Shown piece by piece: positions 37,996 through 51,487 of a stretch of 64,000 nucleotides of DNA. Source of the stretch: Eremomyces bilateralis CBS 781.70 (taxonomy: Eukaryota); the NCBI GenBank assembly GCA_010015585.1, contig ML975163.1; one strand, written 5' to 3'. The notes beneath the pieces are model-generated. The model was given only the letters and a program-made list of their open reading frames with translations, searched no databases and was not told the DNA's origin. The position numbers and the translations under genes are program-made. Position 1 is the first letter of the stretch, and each line of letters opens with the position of its first letter.

Positions 37996-39085
37996 GGGAG
38001 AGGGGACATCGATACATGCACTTCAGCGGTATGCGCCGTATATAAGGATGGGTTAACCGCGTGTAGGGACAATTCACAACTTTGAAGCTGCTTTGTTGTT
38101 GCTTTTCGCTCGGCTGTCTTGTGTTTTGAGCCAGATCAATATACCCGTAATAGCAAATTGGATCACTTTTCGTATCCACAAACATAATAAGTAGAACTGT
38201 TGCTGTGTATGATGTGGTATATATCGGTATTGATTTCATGTTTATCGACAACACCTGTCCGCGCTTGGCGCGCTCGCCTGCGCCTTCCAAATTCAGCATG
38301 AGGGCACTATCAATCTTGAGAGTCCATGTTTTGGCTAATTTAAGCGAGCTGATCGACTATCCAATTTTGCACAACTGGAAACTACGTGTTTGATGCCCCT
38401 CCATGGCTTCTACATGCTTCTTACATGGCTACTCACGACTCAAGCCTAATTAGGTGGTTCCAAGGACGCCGCTCTCAGCGTCGAAGGCCGACGAGATGCT
38501 GGTACAGCTTCACTACTGAAGTTTTGAAGATGGAGCCTACGTACATTCAGAAGGGCGGTATCGCAGCAATTTCACAGGATCACATCAAATGCGACATAGA
38601 TAGAATGATCTGATATCATTGTCCTCTGCCTATCCGTTTAGTCATACCCCAGCGGTCATATGCTCGGTAGAGCCGAGACGGAAGGAAGAGAGGAAACTAT
38701 AAGAATAGCCCATGGAGAACCGTATGAAGGAAATCGGGTAATGAGAAAGAAGGTAGGACCGGCCTTAAGGAAAGGCATAATGCTCTCGATGTTCAGACAG
38801 ACGAACGATTGGTGATCGATCGTCGTGAGTCAGACAAGGGAGCCAGCCTTGGTTGCTGATGTTTGATACAGGTGAAATCGTGCATCGCATCTGCATGTCA
38901 TGACAGACCTGAATGAAAACATCATACAAAGAGAAGGAAACTCGTGGAAATTGGAAACCCATCACCACCCCCGAACCGCGTTGAAAACTCCATTGGATCA
39001 CTTGGACCTGTCACTCCGAGACTCCATCCTCCACTTCGATACTCATCATCAGCTTGAGTCGTTTACGCCATTCGGTGTAGTTTGA

Positions 39086-40007
39086 TCAGCCTTTAACCGC
39101 CTCATCGGGGTCGACATTGTTTTCGCGACACGCGGTCTTGAGACGCTCGTTGTCGGTCTTGAGACGGTCGACGGTTGATGAGAGTTCCGCGAGGGCTTGC
39201 TCGGTGAGGAGCTTTTCGAGAGTCCATTTCTCGATATTCTGCTGCTCGGCATCTCTGAGCTGTTGGATGTATTGGACCGCGCGTTGAAGGATGGAGCCCT
39301 TGTTCTTCTCGCAGCCTGGGACGATCTTGGACAGCTCATTGATGCCTTCGTTGATGGTCTCTCGGCGACGGCGTTCCACTGGCAGTCATTGTTAGCCATC
39401 GTTCCTCGGATTACTGTCATTGACTACATATAGATCACTCACCCTCCTTGTGGTTATCGCGGCGAATCCTGTGCCATTCCTCCGACCCGACTTCTGGCTT
39501 CGGCTTATTAGGGTCGTGAGTCGGCGTCACGGGGGGATTGCTAGCGGAAGCCGCGTTCGCACCGCCATTCACCCCAGCAGGTTGGTTCGCTGTCGGGGTC
39601 GAAGAACTCGCGTTCGCGCTCGTCGGAGTACCGCCGTCCAGACTGAAGTCGAACTTGACGTCGGGCGCATTACCAACGCTAGGCGGGTGGCTCGCCGCGA
39701 AGAGCGCGTCGGTTGATTGCGGCACGTTCATCGAGTAGTGAAGAGCTGCGCTGGCGGTGTCTGACGCACTTGCAGTAGGGGCAGCCCCGTTGGGACCACC
39801 GGGAGTCGAGGACTGGTCGTGGGCAGTGTTGTGTGCCTGAAGCGCGGAGAAGTCGGCGCTGGACATGTCCCCCAGATCAGGGCCGCCAGTGTTGTTGAAA
39901 GCCGGATCAATTTGGGATGCGGCCGTGATGTTATTACGCGCATTCGGAGCAGCTCGAGCGGTCTCAGTGTCCTGAGCGGCTCGCTTGCGTTTGTTCACGC
40001 CAGACAT
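39086..40007 (-). CDS. CBF1: bHLH-zipper transcription factor Cbf1 (AnBH1-like), 2 coding exons
   Basis: EEWHRIRRDNHKE/VERRRRETINEGINELSKIVPGCEKNKGSILQRAVQYI...NIEKWTLEKLLTEQA; intron 39442-39379. Confidence 0.93.
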
Positions 40008-40090
40008 GGTGAGACTCTCAAAAAGCGTATTTGCGTAGTGTAAACGTCAACCGGTTGTAGGGTTGATGATGAACAGCGGAATTTGAGCTT

Positions 40091-40615
40091 CTATATGCAT
40101 CGTCTTGTTAGCGATCCGGGATCTCTGAACAATGGATTGTTTCCTTGGAGGCGGAAGGTAGAAGGAAGCTTGCAGCCGCCACGTAACGCGTGATCCGATT
40201 GTATGAAAGGAGGGAATTTAGGAGACAAGAGACAGGGAATAGTACTCATATCGGGACTTGAAGATGGAGTTGTCGCATGCACGCTGCAAGCAAGGTACAA
40301 AATCAGGATCAGAACAGTTGAAGGAATGACGTTGATCGACGGAACAGAACGAAGGACATGACTGAATAAAAGGCATCTGAGAGAACAGCGACATCGCTCA
40401 ACGATCCGAACAGAGGTCGGAGAGCAAGCTGACAACCAGTGACACGACAAATGAGATGGAAATCCAATGGAAATCCAATGGAGTGAGCGGCAAGGCAAAC
40501 TGGAGGATGCCACAATGGAAAACGATTCGACGCGTTGTAGAAGAGGGCTCATGCGACCAGAAGGACGATTGTTTGACCCTTCAGCAACCAGGCGAAAGGA
40601 GAGGCATGAACTTAC
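40091..40615 (-). other. Predicted 525-nt intron in the CBF1 5' UTR
   Basis: GTAAGT donor at 40615; GCTAAC branch and TAG acceptor at 40091, 83 nt before the ATG. Confidence 0.55.
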
Positions 40616-42809
40616 TTTGGTGTCGCGGGAGTTTGGATGGTTCAGGTGGATGGCCGAAGTCACGTTGGGATCACGTTCTTGTGAGGTTGAAGAGAAGTCA
40701 AATGATTTAAAGGGCACGTCCCTTTCAGGTGGAGCGATGCCGTCGGGTAAGCTTCGGATGAGGCTGGAGCACGTGATATCCGGCTCGGAATGCGGTTTTC
40801 GCGTTAGTAGACTCGGGAAAGATAAAAGAAGTAAATGGGATCGCGAAGAACGGGTTATATCGCGTTGGAAAGCGTGGAAAGATGTCCTGATCGAACCTAT
40901 CCCGAAAACGCGTTAATATCGGCGGTGATGGTGTGGATGAGAGCGGACGAAGAGGAGGGCACGTGGGGAGGAGGTCACGGGAATTTAAGTAGCAGGACTG
41001 GCAGGCGCTGACCAGGGTTGCTCGGCATCAGCAGGGGCTGGGAGAGGGTTTTCGGCCCAAAAAAGTTTAGTGTACAATCCACTATTCACTAGCGCCAAAT
41101 TGCATGAATTGTGTTTCGGTGGACCTATTATGCCAGATGTGTATATCTTCAGGGGTCTGGGATTCCGCTCAATCTCAACGCCTTCAAGGCTATTCCTGAG
41201 TATTTCTGCAAGAACTGAAGCGATAAATGCGAATGATATGAAATTCAATGCTTTAGAATTGCCTAGTCGTTGCTTTGGAAAGAAAGCGAGCTCCTCTCCG
41301 TTTTCAAAACTCGGATCCTCACAAGACGGCTACCAAAAGCTCGTGACTTTTTTTCCACTGTCATGTGCACCACAGTCCACACCACCAGTGTCCGAACCCT
41401 CCTTGAAGACTCCATCCAATCAGGCTCCTAGTCATCCATCCCATAGTGTATGAGTTTGGCTACCAGTATGCCCTCTGTATTCCATAATCACGGATGGTCT
41501 CCTTCCCTGAACCATCCTCGGTGTCCCGTGACGCGTCCAGCCTCCTCAGCCAGGTCATGTTGAGAGATAAATGTCCCCCAGTAGTATCAGATATTCGGAC
41601 CTATCGAGGACAAGGATGCTCGGGGAACAGGGAACACCTTCCGTCTGACAGCTCGCCAATAATGCGTCCTCGAAGGATATTCGAGGTGTATTCCCTATTA
41701 CTGGTATTTCGTATCAAGGCATCGATAGGCATGTCCCTTTGACCACCTCCAGGCTCAAATCGACCCGCAGTTGACACGGGTGCTCCCGACCTGCCGCCCG
41801 ATAAATCTCGATGAGGGGTGGGCGTTGCGCGATTGCAGGGTTCGAGACGACATCACGTCGTGACATTTATGGTGCTGATGGGCCGTGTGACCACCTGTCT
41901 AGTAAGACATCTTACGACCTTTGTGAAAATACGCTAGAGAGGTCGAAGACTTACCAAAAGGCCGTTAATGTACACAAATCAATACTAGTAGGCAGCCCTT
42001 TGTTTGCTCTGATGAACCATGAAGGCGATCCCAGGCATTCCCACGGCCGTGGGATCACGATGCTGTAGGAGTCACGATCGTGTCCTCTCCCGATTCGCGT
42101 GTAGAGAGGCTTTGCGAAGCGTAGGTAAGTGCTATTCTCTACGGTAAAGCAATGATTATAAATGGTTGTTAACGATATCCAGGTTATGATTCAGTCCAAT
42201 CCAAGCCTGACTGGAGTGTCCGCATTAAAGCAACGACTAACCGTCGCTGCAAAGATTGCCCTCTTTCCACTCTCTACCCCTCGACACTACTTAAGACTCC
42301 TAAAGGTGATTCATACAGAAAGAGCAAAAGAAATGTGTAAAAGTTCAGACACATGCAGTGATCAGTTGCGAGTGCCTTATGAAAACCGCGGAGTGCAATG
42401 CAGTTTTTCATCGGTCATTCGTCACATACCATAAAGTGACCTGGTACGCCTGGTCGGGCCTTGTACCTGGGGCTGGACGATCATCGACTCTGTACTGAGC
42501 CGGCGCCCGGCGCCATAAAACCCCAAGTATAGTACTCAGAAATTGGGGATTTAAAGGTTATATAGTCATTTTATTTACCACGATCCGTCCATAGCTAAGG
42601 ATGCCATAGGTCGACAACGAAGTTTTGAGGATTAGAGTGTACCTATGTATTCTACAGTATGTCCAAGGTCTGAGGGTAATCTACAGTAATCAGTACATCC
42701 GAGTTGAGATGAACCTCCAATGAAATAAGACAGTCTTGTCCGCTCGATACGCTGGGAGATCAGCCTTCAACGCCAAAGCAATGCATCCTGGGCCGTACCT
42801 GCCCACCCT

Positions 42810-45800
42810 TCACCGATCCAACGCCTGTGCCCGACACATCTGCCAGTACAACCCCCGCTTCGCCAGCAACTCCGCATGATTCCCCTTCTCCAACACATTC
42901 CCACTCCCCAACACGAAAATCACATCCGCCTTCTGGATCGTCGCCAGCCGATGCGCGACCGCCACGATCGTCTGCCCTCCCTCTCCCGCCGCCCGCTCGA
43001 TCGCCTCCTGAACCAACCGCTCCGAGCTGCTATCCAGCGAGCTCGTCGCCTCGTCGAGCAACAGTAGCCGCGGCTGACGGAGCAGCGCACGGGCCAATGA
43101 CAGCCGCTGCTTCTGGCCGCCCGACAGCGACAATCCTTTGGGGCCAAGCGGCGTGTTGTACCCCTGCGGCAGGCTGGTGACGAACTCGTGGATTTGCGCT
43201 TCCTGACACGCGCGCTCGATGTCGGCGTCGGTCGCTCGCCCTTCTTCGACGCTCAGCCCGACGTTCTCCTTGATCGTGCCTTCGTACAAAGTCGGTTCCT
43301 GGCTGACGAGGCTCACGGCGGCGCGGTACTCGGCGACGGCGAGGTCGTTCAGGTTCTGATCGTCCGCGATGATGGCGCCATTGTCGACATCGTAGAAACG
43401 TTCGAGGAGGGAGATAATGGTGCTCTTGCCGCAACCTGATGCGCCGACCAGCGCGGCGAATTGCCCGGGTTCGATCTTCATATTGAGACCTTTCAGGACG
43501 GGTATATTGCGGGAATTGTAGGTGTAGCGCACATCGCGGAACTCCAGGCCAATGGGTCCATCTGTGCTGGAGAGAGGCCTCTTGCCGATCCAATCGCTGT
43601 CATTTTGGTCTGGTCGAAGGCTGATGATCCGATTTGCTGCGCCGGTGGCCTGAGCGATGTTGGGGGCCATGGAGAACCAGACGCCGGCGGCTTGGGAACC
43701 TTGGACGACGGCCATGTATACGACGAAAAATTGGATCATGTCGTATTCGCGGGTTGCGAGGAGTTGGCCGCCGTACCAGAAGGCAAGGGCCATACAGGCG
43801 AGGTCGACGCTGTCGGAGAGGCCGAAGACAAAGGAACTGGGGATGGCTCGCTTCAGGGCGCGGATGGTGTGGCCTGCCAGCAATTTGTTGTATCGCTCCG
43901 TCACGACACCTTCCATAGTTAGGCTAGTAACAGTACGGAACGCGCCGACTGCTTCGGTAGCGAATTGGGAGCTGTCGGCGAATACAGCCGCGTTCATTTG
44001 CTCGAATTGCATCTCGAGCTTCACGCGGTAGTAGCCTGCCAATAAAATGGCGGGAAGTATAGCGAATAGCCCAACGAGCGAGAGCTTCCACCCGAAGACA
44101 AATGCGATGATAAGACTGCCGATCAGGTTAAACACGGCGATGTAGGCCATGCTCATCTCCATACCTAACAATTGCATGATCTGCGTTGAATCAGTGGTCA
44201 GTCTGCCGCTCAGCGTACCAGGCGAATGCCCTTCCTGGTCAAAGAAGGAGATCCGTTTCGTGATCATGTTGACGAAGTATTCCTGTCGGTAGTGGGTGCT
44301 GACCACCACTGCTGCTTCGTAGCTGGCCCAGCCAAGCATGCAGTACGCGACGGCGACACCGAGGGATTGGACAAAGAATATCAGGCTCCAGAAGTTGCCT
44401 TCGTCGATTAGTTCTTGGCCGAACTTCGTGAATGCGTTGATGAGCTGCGCAAACAACCAGGCCTGGAGAGGATAGACTGCTCCTCCACCCAGTGCGCCAA
44501 CGATAGTAAAGAGGTAGAGTACCCAGTGAGACCGCTGTTCCCAAAGGAGACGCCCGAAGGTCTTTGTGATGCCCTGTTTCGTATATTTCGCCTCGCCCTC
44601 AAGGTCGATTTCTTCAGCGGCGCCGCCACGTATGGCGGATTCCGCCTTGCTCTTGGACCTACGCAACTCTAAATCTTCGCCCGTGAACGCTTCGACTTCT
44701 TTGAGGTCGGAACCAGGAACATCGTCCTCGATGGCGAGCTGCTGCGCACGAACAAGGTTGTGATAGATACCCTCGGTGAACTGAAGGAGCTCTTCGTGGG
44801 TGCCTTGCTCCACGACCTTCCCTGATCGGACCACGACGATCTTGTCGGCTCGTTTGATCGTGCTGAGCCGGTGTGCAATCACAATCGTCGTTCGGTTCTG
44901 ACTGACCCGGTCCAATGCTCGCTGAACAATCCGCTCCGATCGAACATCAATGGCGCTTGTTGCTTCGTCCAAGATCAAAATCGGAGGTCGTTTGATGATG
45001 CTCCGAGCAATAGCGATGCGCTGTCTCTGCCCACCCGACATCATCATGCCCTGATCGCCGACTATCGTGTCGTACCCATCGGGAAACTGACTGATGAACT
45101 CATCGGCAAACGCCTCTTTGCAAGCCTCAACGACCAGTTCCAACTTCTTCTCGCGCGTTTCGTTTTCCCACTGCGTGCCATACAGACCATGAGACACGTT
45201 GTTGAAGATGGTGTCGTTGAACAAGAATGGTTCTTGCTGAACCAAGCCGATCTGCGCTCGCCACCATTTGACGTCGACGTCGCGGATCTCGTGAGGCCCA
45301 ATCTTGATGGATCCGCTGTTAACTCGCACCTGGAGTCTCTCATCGCCATCGCTTGTGTTCATTCCTGGCGGCTCAGAACCGTCGTTCGTGTCCTCAGTCG
45401 AAGTTGCAGCTTCGTTCTTCTTTCCAAAAATTTTGAAGGCCTTTTTCTCCGACTTCTCGCCCTGATCACCCTCTTTCTTCTTATCTCCCTTTTTGGGAGG
45501 TTCAGGAAGTTCCTGGCCGAGATCGTACCACCGCTCCAGCAAAGCTACAGTGGTACTCTTCCCCGAACCAGACGGCCCAACAATGGCTGTCACTTTTCCG
45601 GATTCGAATGTAATATTTAGGGAATCCAGAATCTTTACGGTAGGTCGAGATGGATATGCAAACTTAATATCGGTCATCGTAATGTCATTCTCTGAGGAGA
45701 CATCTGGCGCTTTCAATCCTGACTGATCAGAGACCTCCGCATCTATTGTCGTGAACAGGATACTCGCTCCCGAAGCGGCTTTTGATATGGCAATGATGGG

Positions 45801-47136
45801 GGTTGAAACCCTTCCGATGGCAGAAATCGCAAAGACGACCGAAAACAGGACGATGATAATTGACGTAAGATCGTCGACCGTTCCGTTCGTATACAGCTTG
45901 ACGCCATACCAAAAGGCCAATGCAAAACAGGCGTACATCGCGAAGAACATGGGCATGATCATGAACCCCATGACAGGACTGTTCTTGGATTCATTCTTCC
46001 TCGCTTTGAGGAGTACGGCTTCATGTTTGGCGGCAAGACGCTTTTCTGCTCCGAAGGCTACAACGATACGGATGGAGCTGAACACTTCGAAGGCCACTTT
46101 GGACGCCAGATCCTGCATCTCTTCGGTACGCTTATGGATCTTCAGGAAGATAGGCAATGAAGCGCCGTAACAGAGAATGATGAACAGCAAGCCAGAACTG
46201 ATGACTAGCGTGAGACGCCATTCATAGATGAATGAGACGACATAGAGCCCAACGACCAGGGCAATTGACTGGACAAGCATGGTGAGTTGTTGAGAAACAC
46301 CAAGCTGGATCGTATTGCTCGTGTTCGTGATTCGGTTCGCGACAGTGCCTGGAGAAATTGCATCCATGCTGGATACCGGCTGCTTCAACAGGGCTTGGAG
46401 GTAGGCAAGACGCAAAGCGGCGCTGATCCGGACCCCAGATACACGGACCGTGAGCTGCAGATTGGTGAGTAAGTGGTAAGATACTGGGAGTGAGAGGTCG
46501 TACCATGGAGATGTAGGAAAGAACAAACTTCCCAATGAACAAGTAGACGAACCATAGGCTAAACACTAGTAAGTCAAGAATCTCGATCATTCCATAGGGT
46601 GTAGCTATATCCTTACGAATTCTTGGTAAAGAGTTTCTTAAATGCAGCTTCCGTTAGGGTGTTTCCTGGAGTAGAGTAGGCGGTGAAGTCTCCAACCAAC
46701 CGGCCTATACACAGTCAACTCGCATTCTTTCTTCGCGAATGCTCGCATTCTTACCAAAGACAATCTGCATCAATGGCAACGACTGTAACTTGGATCAGCG
46801 GTCGTCCATCTCGAGAATATTGTCATGTCTGAACCTACCACGCCGACACCAACGGACGATAGCACAGCCAAGACGACAAGGAAATAATCGAGCCCTGTCC
46901 CATAGCTCAGGACTCTCTGATATAGCGCGTCAGTTCTAAGACAATAGTTGTGCACTTGCTCAACATACAAAGTAGTTGCCCAGCGATGCGCTGCCCTTCT
47001 CTTCCTCTTCCTCCTTTTTCTCCTCATGTATTGAGGCATCGGCATCGTCTCCCTTATCATCAACATTGTCCACCGACATTTTCTCCACTGCCGGCTTTTC
47101 TGGAGCCGTTGGTTCCTCTGGCACATGGGAAGCCAT
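42810..47136 (-). CDS. Full-length ABCB (MDR1/P-glycoprotein-like) transporter, TMD-NBD-TMD-NBD, about 6 exons
   Basis: Walker A GPSGSGKST and GASGCGKST, signatures MSGGQ and LSGGQ, two LDEATS Walker B motifs, AHRL H-loops; five short introns between 46458 and 46970; ATG 47136 (MASHVPEE). Confidence 0.95.
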
Positions 47137-48211
47137 GGTGCGAGAATCGCGACGAATAAAGGACAATCACGGAAACAAAACGCGCAAATTGTCGAACTAC
47201 ATGAAATAGAAAACGGTGAAGGAGAGACGGGTTCCCCAAGCAGCAGATGCACCCATCGCTCTAGGGACAGTAAGGGAGAAAAGGGGGGTTGAAATAAAGC
47301 TGCTGCCTAACGAAGGTGTGATGCAGTTGGCTTTCGGGGTCTCTTTATTGAGAATTTGAGATGTGTACAACCATTGACTGGTCCGTACACGGGGGCGTAA
47401 GACGGTGCATATTACAACTCCACGCAATGATGCACGGCTCGAGGGGTAGACCAGCACAACCGCCGCAAACGCTCCAGTCAATCAGGTATCTGGATGTTGT
47501 CGACTCATACGTCGGGTTACGCAAGACATTTATTCTCTTGGCGAGATTTCCGTGAGAGAACGTCCAATTAATTTGCAGGTATTTATTTTCCTCTCTTAGC
47601 AGTCGGATTCAACCATATCACTACCGCAACGTTATTGGACGGTTGGATCTCGCCGTCCGCGGGATACGGAAGCTAGCCCTCTTTTGCGGCGATGCAGATT
47701 GCGGGGCGCCTGATTTGGGCAATGCGGCTCGACGACATCGTGTGCGAGATCTCTGCAGCTTCGTTCTGGTACGTATGTACTTTGTCGAATTGTGCCTCCA
47801 TAACTGGATGCACTTTGGAATTCGTCATTGCGATGATCTTCGCGATCAATAATGACTCGACTTTGGTACACCACAGCGGACTGTGAGACCGCACGATGTT
47901 TTAACGTCCCATCGCTACGAGCTGAACGTCTGGTCGAGGCAGACTCCACTCGGCACTATGTGGGACTCATGGTTAACTACCGCTCTCACGGAGCTTAGAA
48001 GTTAACGCGGAACTGATCTCCAACGTCGGTGACTCAAACTTGACAGTTGACCCCGTTGTTAATAGCTTGAAAGTTGAAAGGCAAGCAATTGGCTTGTTTC
48101 ATTTGAGCTCGATAGCACGTATCAATGGGCGATTCAATCCGATATCTCATCATGATCCGCAGAGAGTGGTATCCTTTGGAAAGGTCGTATCTTCCTTCAG
48201 ACGCCCTATCT

Positions 48212-48816
48212 CTAATACTTCGTACGCCGTACAGACAGGAAACTCAAAGCGGCAGCAGCCACGCAGGCGATAAACGCAATGAACGCGAACGCGCTATCCG
48301 CTTGTACCCTCTGACACCGACCCATAATCAAAGCCTCGCCCTTTTTCTCATCCTTGAAAGCGTTGTTGTAGCATCCCCACGACTCAGCCGCTTCTTTCAG
48401 GTGGCATCCCCCTGTGAGCAACGGATTGGGATCCTTCCTACCCCTCCTCGCGTCGTCAAGAATTGAACCACAACTCGTCGATCCGAGTTGAACCGCAAGC
48501 GCGATGCCAGCGGCCAACAAGAGCAACGCAGCGAGGCCGTCAATCGCCCAGGTGATGATGCCCTCGATCGACTCGATATAGTTGGAGGTTACACCGACGA
48601 TGGAGGCGAAGATGGCAAAGCCGCCACAGAACGTGGTGAAGGAAATGACCGCGGGGACGGCTCCGACGTATTGTTGGGTGATGAGAGAGGCCGAGAGGCC
48701 GACAACGACGCCCCCAGCGATGGACTACACTAACTGATTAGAGGCGATGTTAATGTTAGGGTACATGGCAGAAGGAAGCGGACCTGGAACGGCCGAGCCC
48801 AGACTGCTCGTGGCAT
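48212..48816 (-). CDS. MARVEL-domain tetraspan protein (Nce102-like), 2 exons
   Basis: MPRAVWARPFQ, intron 48783-48725, SIAGGVVVGLSASLI...; four hydrophobic segments; DGLAALLLLAAGIALA and RCQRVQADSAFAFIAF motifs. Confidence 0.82.
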
Positions 48817-50264
48817 GGTTGCTCTCCTGATTTTCAGCCCGATACCGGATATATGATGTCGAATGGGTTGCTCGGTGTCGCGTATATTCGTACCAAAGGA
48901 CAGGTTCGAGGATGAACACTATGGTCAAAAAAGTAGGCGATCGCAAGGTAGAGGAGAGCCAGAAGGAAGAAGCGAACTTCGAAATTCACGAGCAAAGAAT
49001 CCTTCGTCCTCCTTTATGTCCCGTACACTTTCAAGGAAGCGCCGAGCCGCCGAGCCTCTCACTACTCCCTGGCCACAGCTCCTCGCGGCCTGAAATCAGG
49101 ATCCTACCCTAGGTCCCCAATTCCTTTGGGATTCAGATGTGCACTCATAATCCCGAGTCATGGGTTTCTCTGAAATGGTTAATAGATCCAGGTCGGAAAC
49201 GCGCCTGCAAGGTTCGACCTAAGTCAAGGAGAGCAAATCGATTTGATCTTTCACTTCTTTTAGGCTTCTCGCCTGCTCGTGTCCACATCTCTGGGACCTA
49301 CTAAAATACTAGCGCCGACTCATTGAGGCGTGATGAAACGCTCATTGTAGAGAAACGATGGACCACGATCTGCGATGTTAGACTGGGATTCAAATTGCGG
49401 GATTGATTTTCTAAATGCTTGTTCCACTTCCTCTTACTACCTATGTATCTAATTATGTTAGTGGGTCGATCCTTCCTTCGTTCGCGTACTGCAGTTAAAT
49501 ATAACTTTAGCACGGAGCACTTCACCCTAAGTCAACTTCATAAATCATAACCATCTCTGAAGTCTGATCGACTGTTGATTGTCGACAAACTCGACAGGAT
49601 CAAGCCACTCGTTACTAAGATTTTCATTTTTCAATAGTATTGATTTGCAAGGATACCCATTAATAGGGCACTCACCGGAAAAGTTGGGAAATGCGTGGCA
49701 ACTCTGGTGGCATTGATTTGGCGAGGTTGATTCGCTTGTTGCCTGGTGCGGTCTGAGCTTCGTCGCATGTCGAACTTTAAGCGATATTACAAGTACAATA
49801 TTGACATTTGACTGCAGGCCGAGTACAGGGCTGCCGCTTGTCCAATACCATATTTGCTTTTGGAAGTCAGAACATCACCTCACTTTGAGTCTGATATTTT
49901 CAAGAAGACATCTTAATTTTCCTCAATATGGTAAAGATATGTGAAGGTGAAGTAACACGCAACATCGCAGCGATGAAGTGTTCGAGCTCGATACAGCCTG
50001 GCAGTTCAGCTAAGGTACCGCATCCGACTGTAAGACCTAACTAGAAGCATTTGACCGGTAGGCAGCAACGTCTGGAGCAGTTGCTATAAATAACAAGGCA
50101 CAAAGCGATAAAAGGACCAGTCTGTCATCTGTGAGAATGACGGTTTTGATGAATTTCCATTCAAGTTTTTGGCTCCTCTTAATCAATTGTCGATTCTATC
50201 CCGTATCTGCTGTAATAGTCCTCAAATCACCAAATATTTCCGCGGTATCGTACTTCTCTTGATC

Positions 50265-51160
50265 ATGACGGACATCAATGATCCCCAGTCGAACTCGCCC
50301 TCTGGTCCGCCCCCCCTCCCCCCAGATTTCCTTACGTCTCCCCCATCTCAGCGGACCACCCTCACACCCATCCACTTCCCCGACACTCCGCTTCCCGGGT
50401 ACGCCGGCTGCCTCGCCTTCACTCTCGACGGGGTTCTCTCTCCCGACGAATGCGCCGAGCTTGTCGCCCTCGCGGAGTCGCACTCTCGCGCTGGACCAGG
50501 GCAATGGGAGCGCGCGATGGTGAACGCTGGCAGCCATGAGATCATGGCCACGGATATAAGGAACTGCGGGAGGATCATCTGGGACGATCGAGAGGTGGTA
50601 GCGAGGGTTTGGGATAGGTGTTTGGTTGCGCTGGAGAGGGAGAAGGAGTGGTTGGAGCGGGTGGTGGTGGTGGATGGCGAGAAGAAGGGGACGGCGAAAC
50701 CGAGCGGGGACAGGGTGTTGGAGTACCTGGATAAGGGATACAAGTGGTCGTTCAGCAGGTTGAATGAACGGATGAGGTTTTTGAGATATGGGAAAGGGGA
50801 GTATTTCCAAGGTATATGTTTCTTATCACCGGCCTGGGACTATCATCTTCAAAGCTGACACTGATAATGGCAGCCCATCAAGACGGGCAATACCACACCC
50901 CCGATCGCTCAGAAACCTCCCTCCTCACGTTGCAGCTGTACTTGAATGATGCAGAGACCGAGGTTGCTGCTGGCCGAGAGCCTCTTGTCGGCGGCGCTAC
51001 GACGTTCCATTCTTGGGATCTGCTGCGACACCATGATGTCGTGCCGAAAGTTGGCAGAGTTTTGATCTTCCAGCATCAGATGCTGGTCCATTCGGGAGCC
51101 GAGGTCAAGAAAGGAATGAAAATTGCGATGAGAACAGATTTGATGTATAGGAAAGGATGA
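50265..51160 (+). CDS. 2OG-Fe(II) oxygenase (prolyl-4-hydroxylase-like), 2 exons
   Basis: VLSPDECAELV, LNERMRFLRYGKGEYFQ/AHQDG (HxD), TLQLYLN, GGATTF, VHSG, MRTDLMY; intron 50812-50873. Confidence 0.9.
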
Positions 51161-51302
51161 GACTCCCTGATTATCTACCGCAATGCTTTACCTTTGGTTC
51201 GATACTCTTCCGTAACGAGGCATGACTCCTAACAGCACCGCTAAAACGCAGACTGGCGGAAGGACTGAGATGCAGCGGGCTCTTGTCCTGCTTTGTGTTT
51301 TC

Positions 51303-51487
51303 CATCATCTGGAGGAAGAAATTGATGGTCCTGAAGCATACCACCAGGGCGTCGGGAACTCTCAATCATTGCCTGCTTTCGCCTCCTGTTACCTTCCTAA
51401 AGACATACCTAAAGTTCCCCCTTTCTATCCCTTTTAATTTAGGAAGCCGATACGATTCTCCGCTTTAGGACTGGGGGTGCACGTCGA
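51303..51487 (+). repeat. Diverged dispersed repeat, copy A (homologous to 60484-60671)
   Basis: Colinear shared blocks CATCAT-TGGAG, GAAGAAATTGATGGTCCT (51315-51332), GAACTCTCAA, GATACGATTCTCC (51449-51461). Confidence 0.85.

Noticed and set aside
40066..40128. ATGATGA...CTGA box C/D-like pair on the plus strand
   Set aside because: Antisense to the CBF1 leader, no C'/D' boxes and no recognisable rRNA guide
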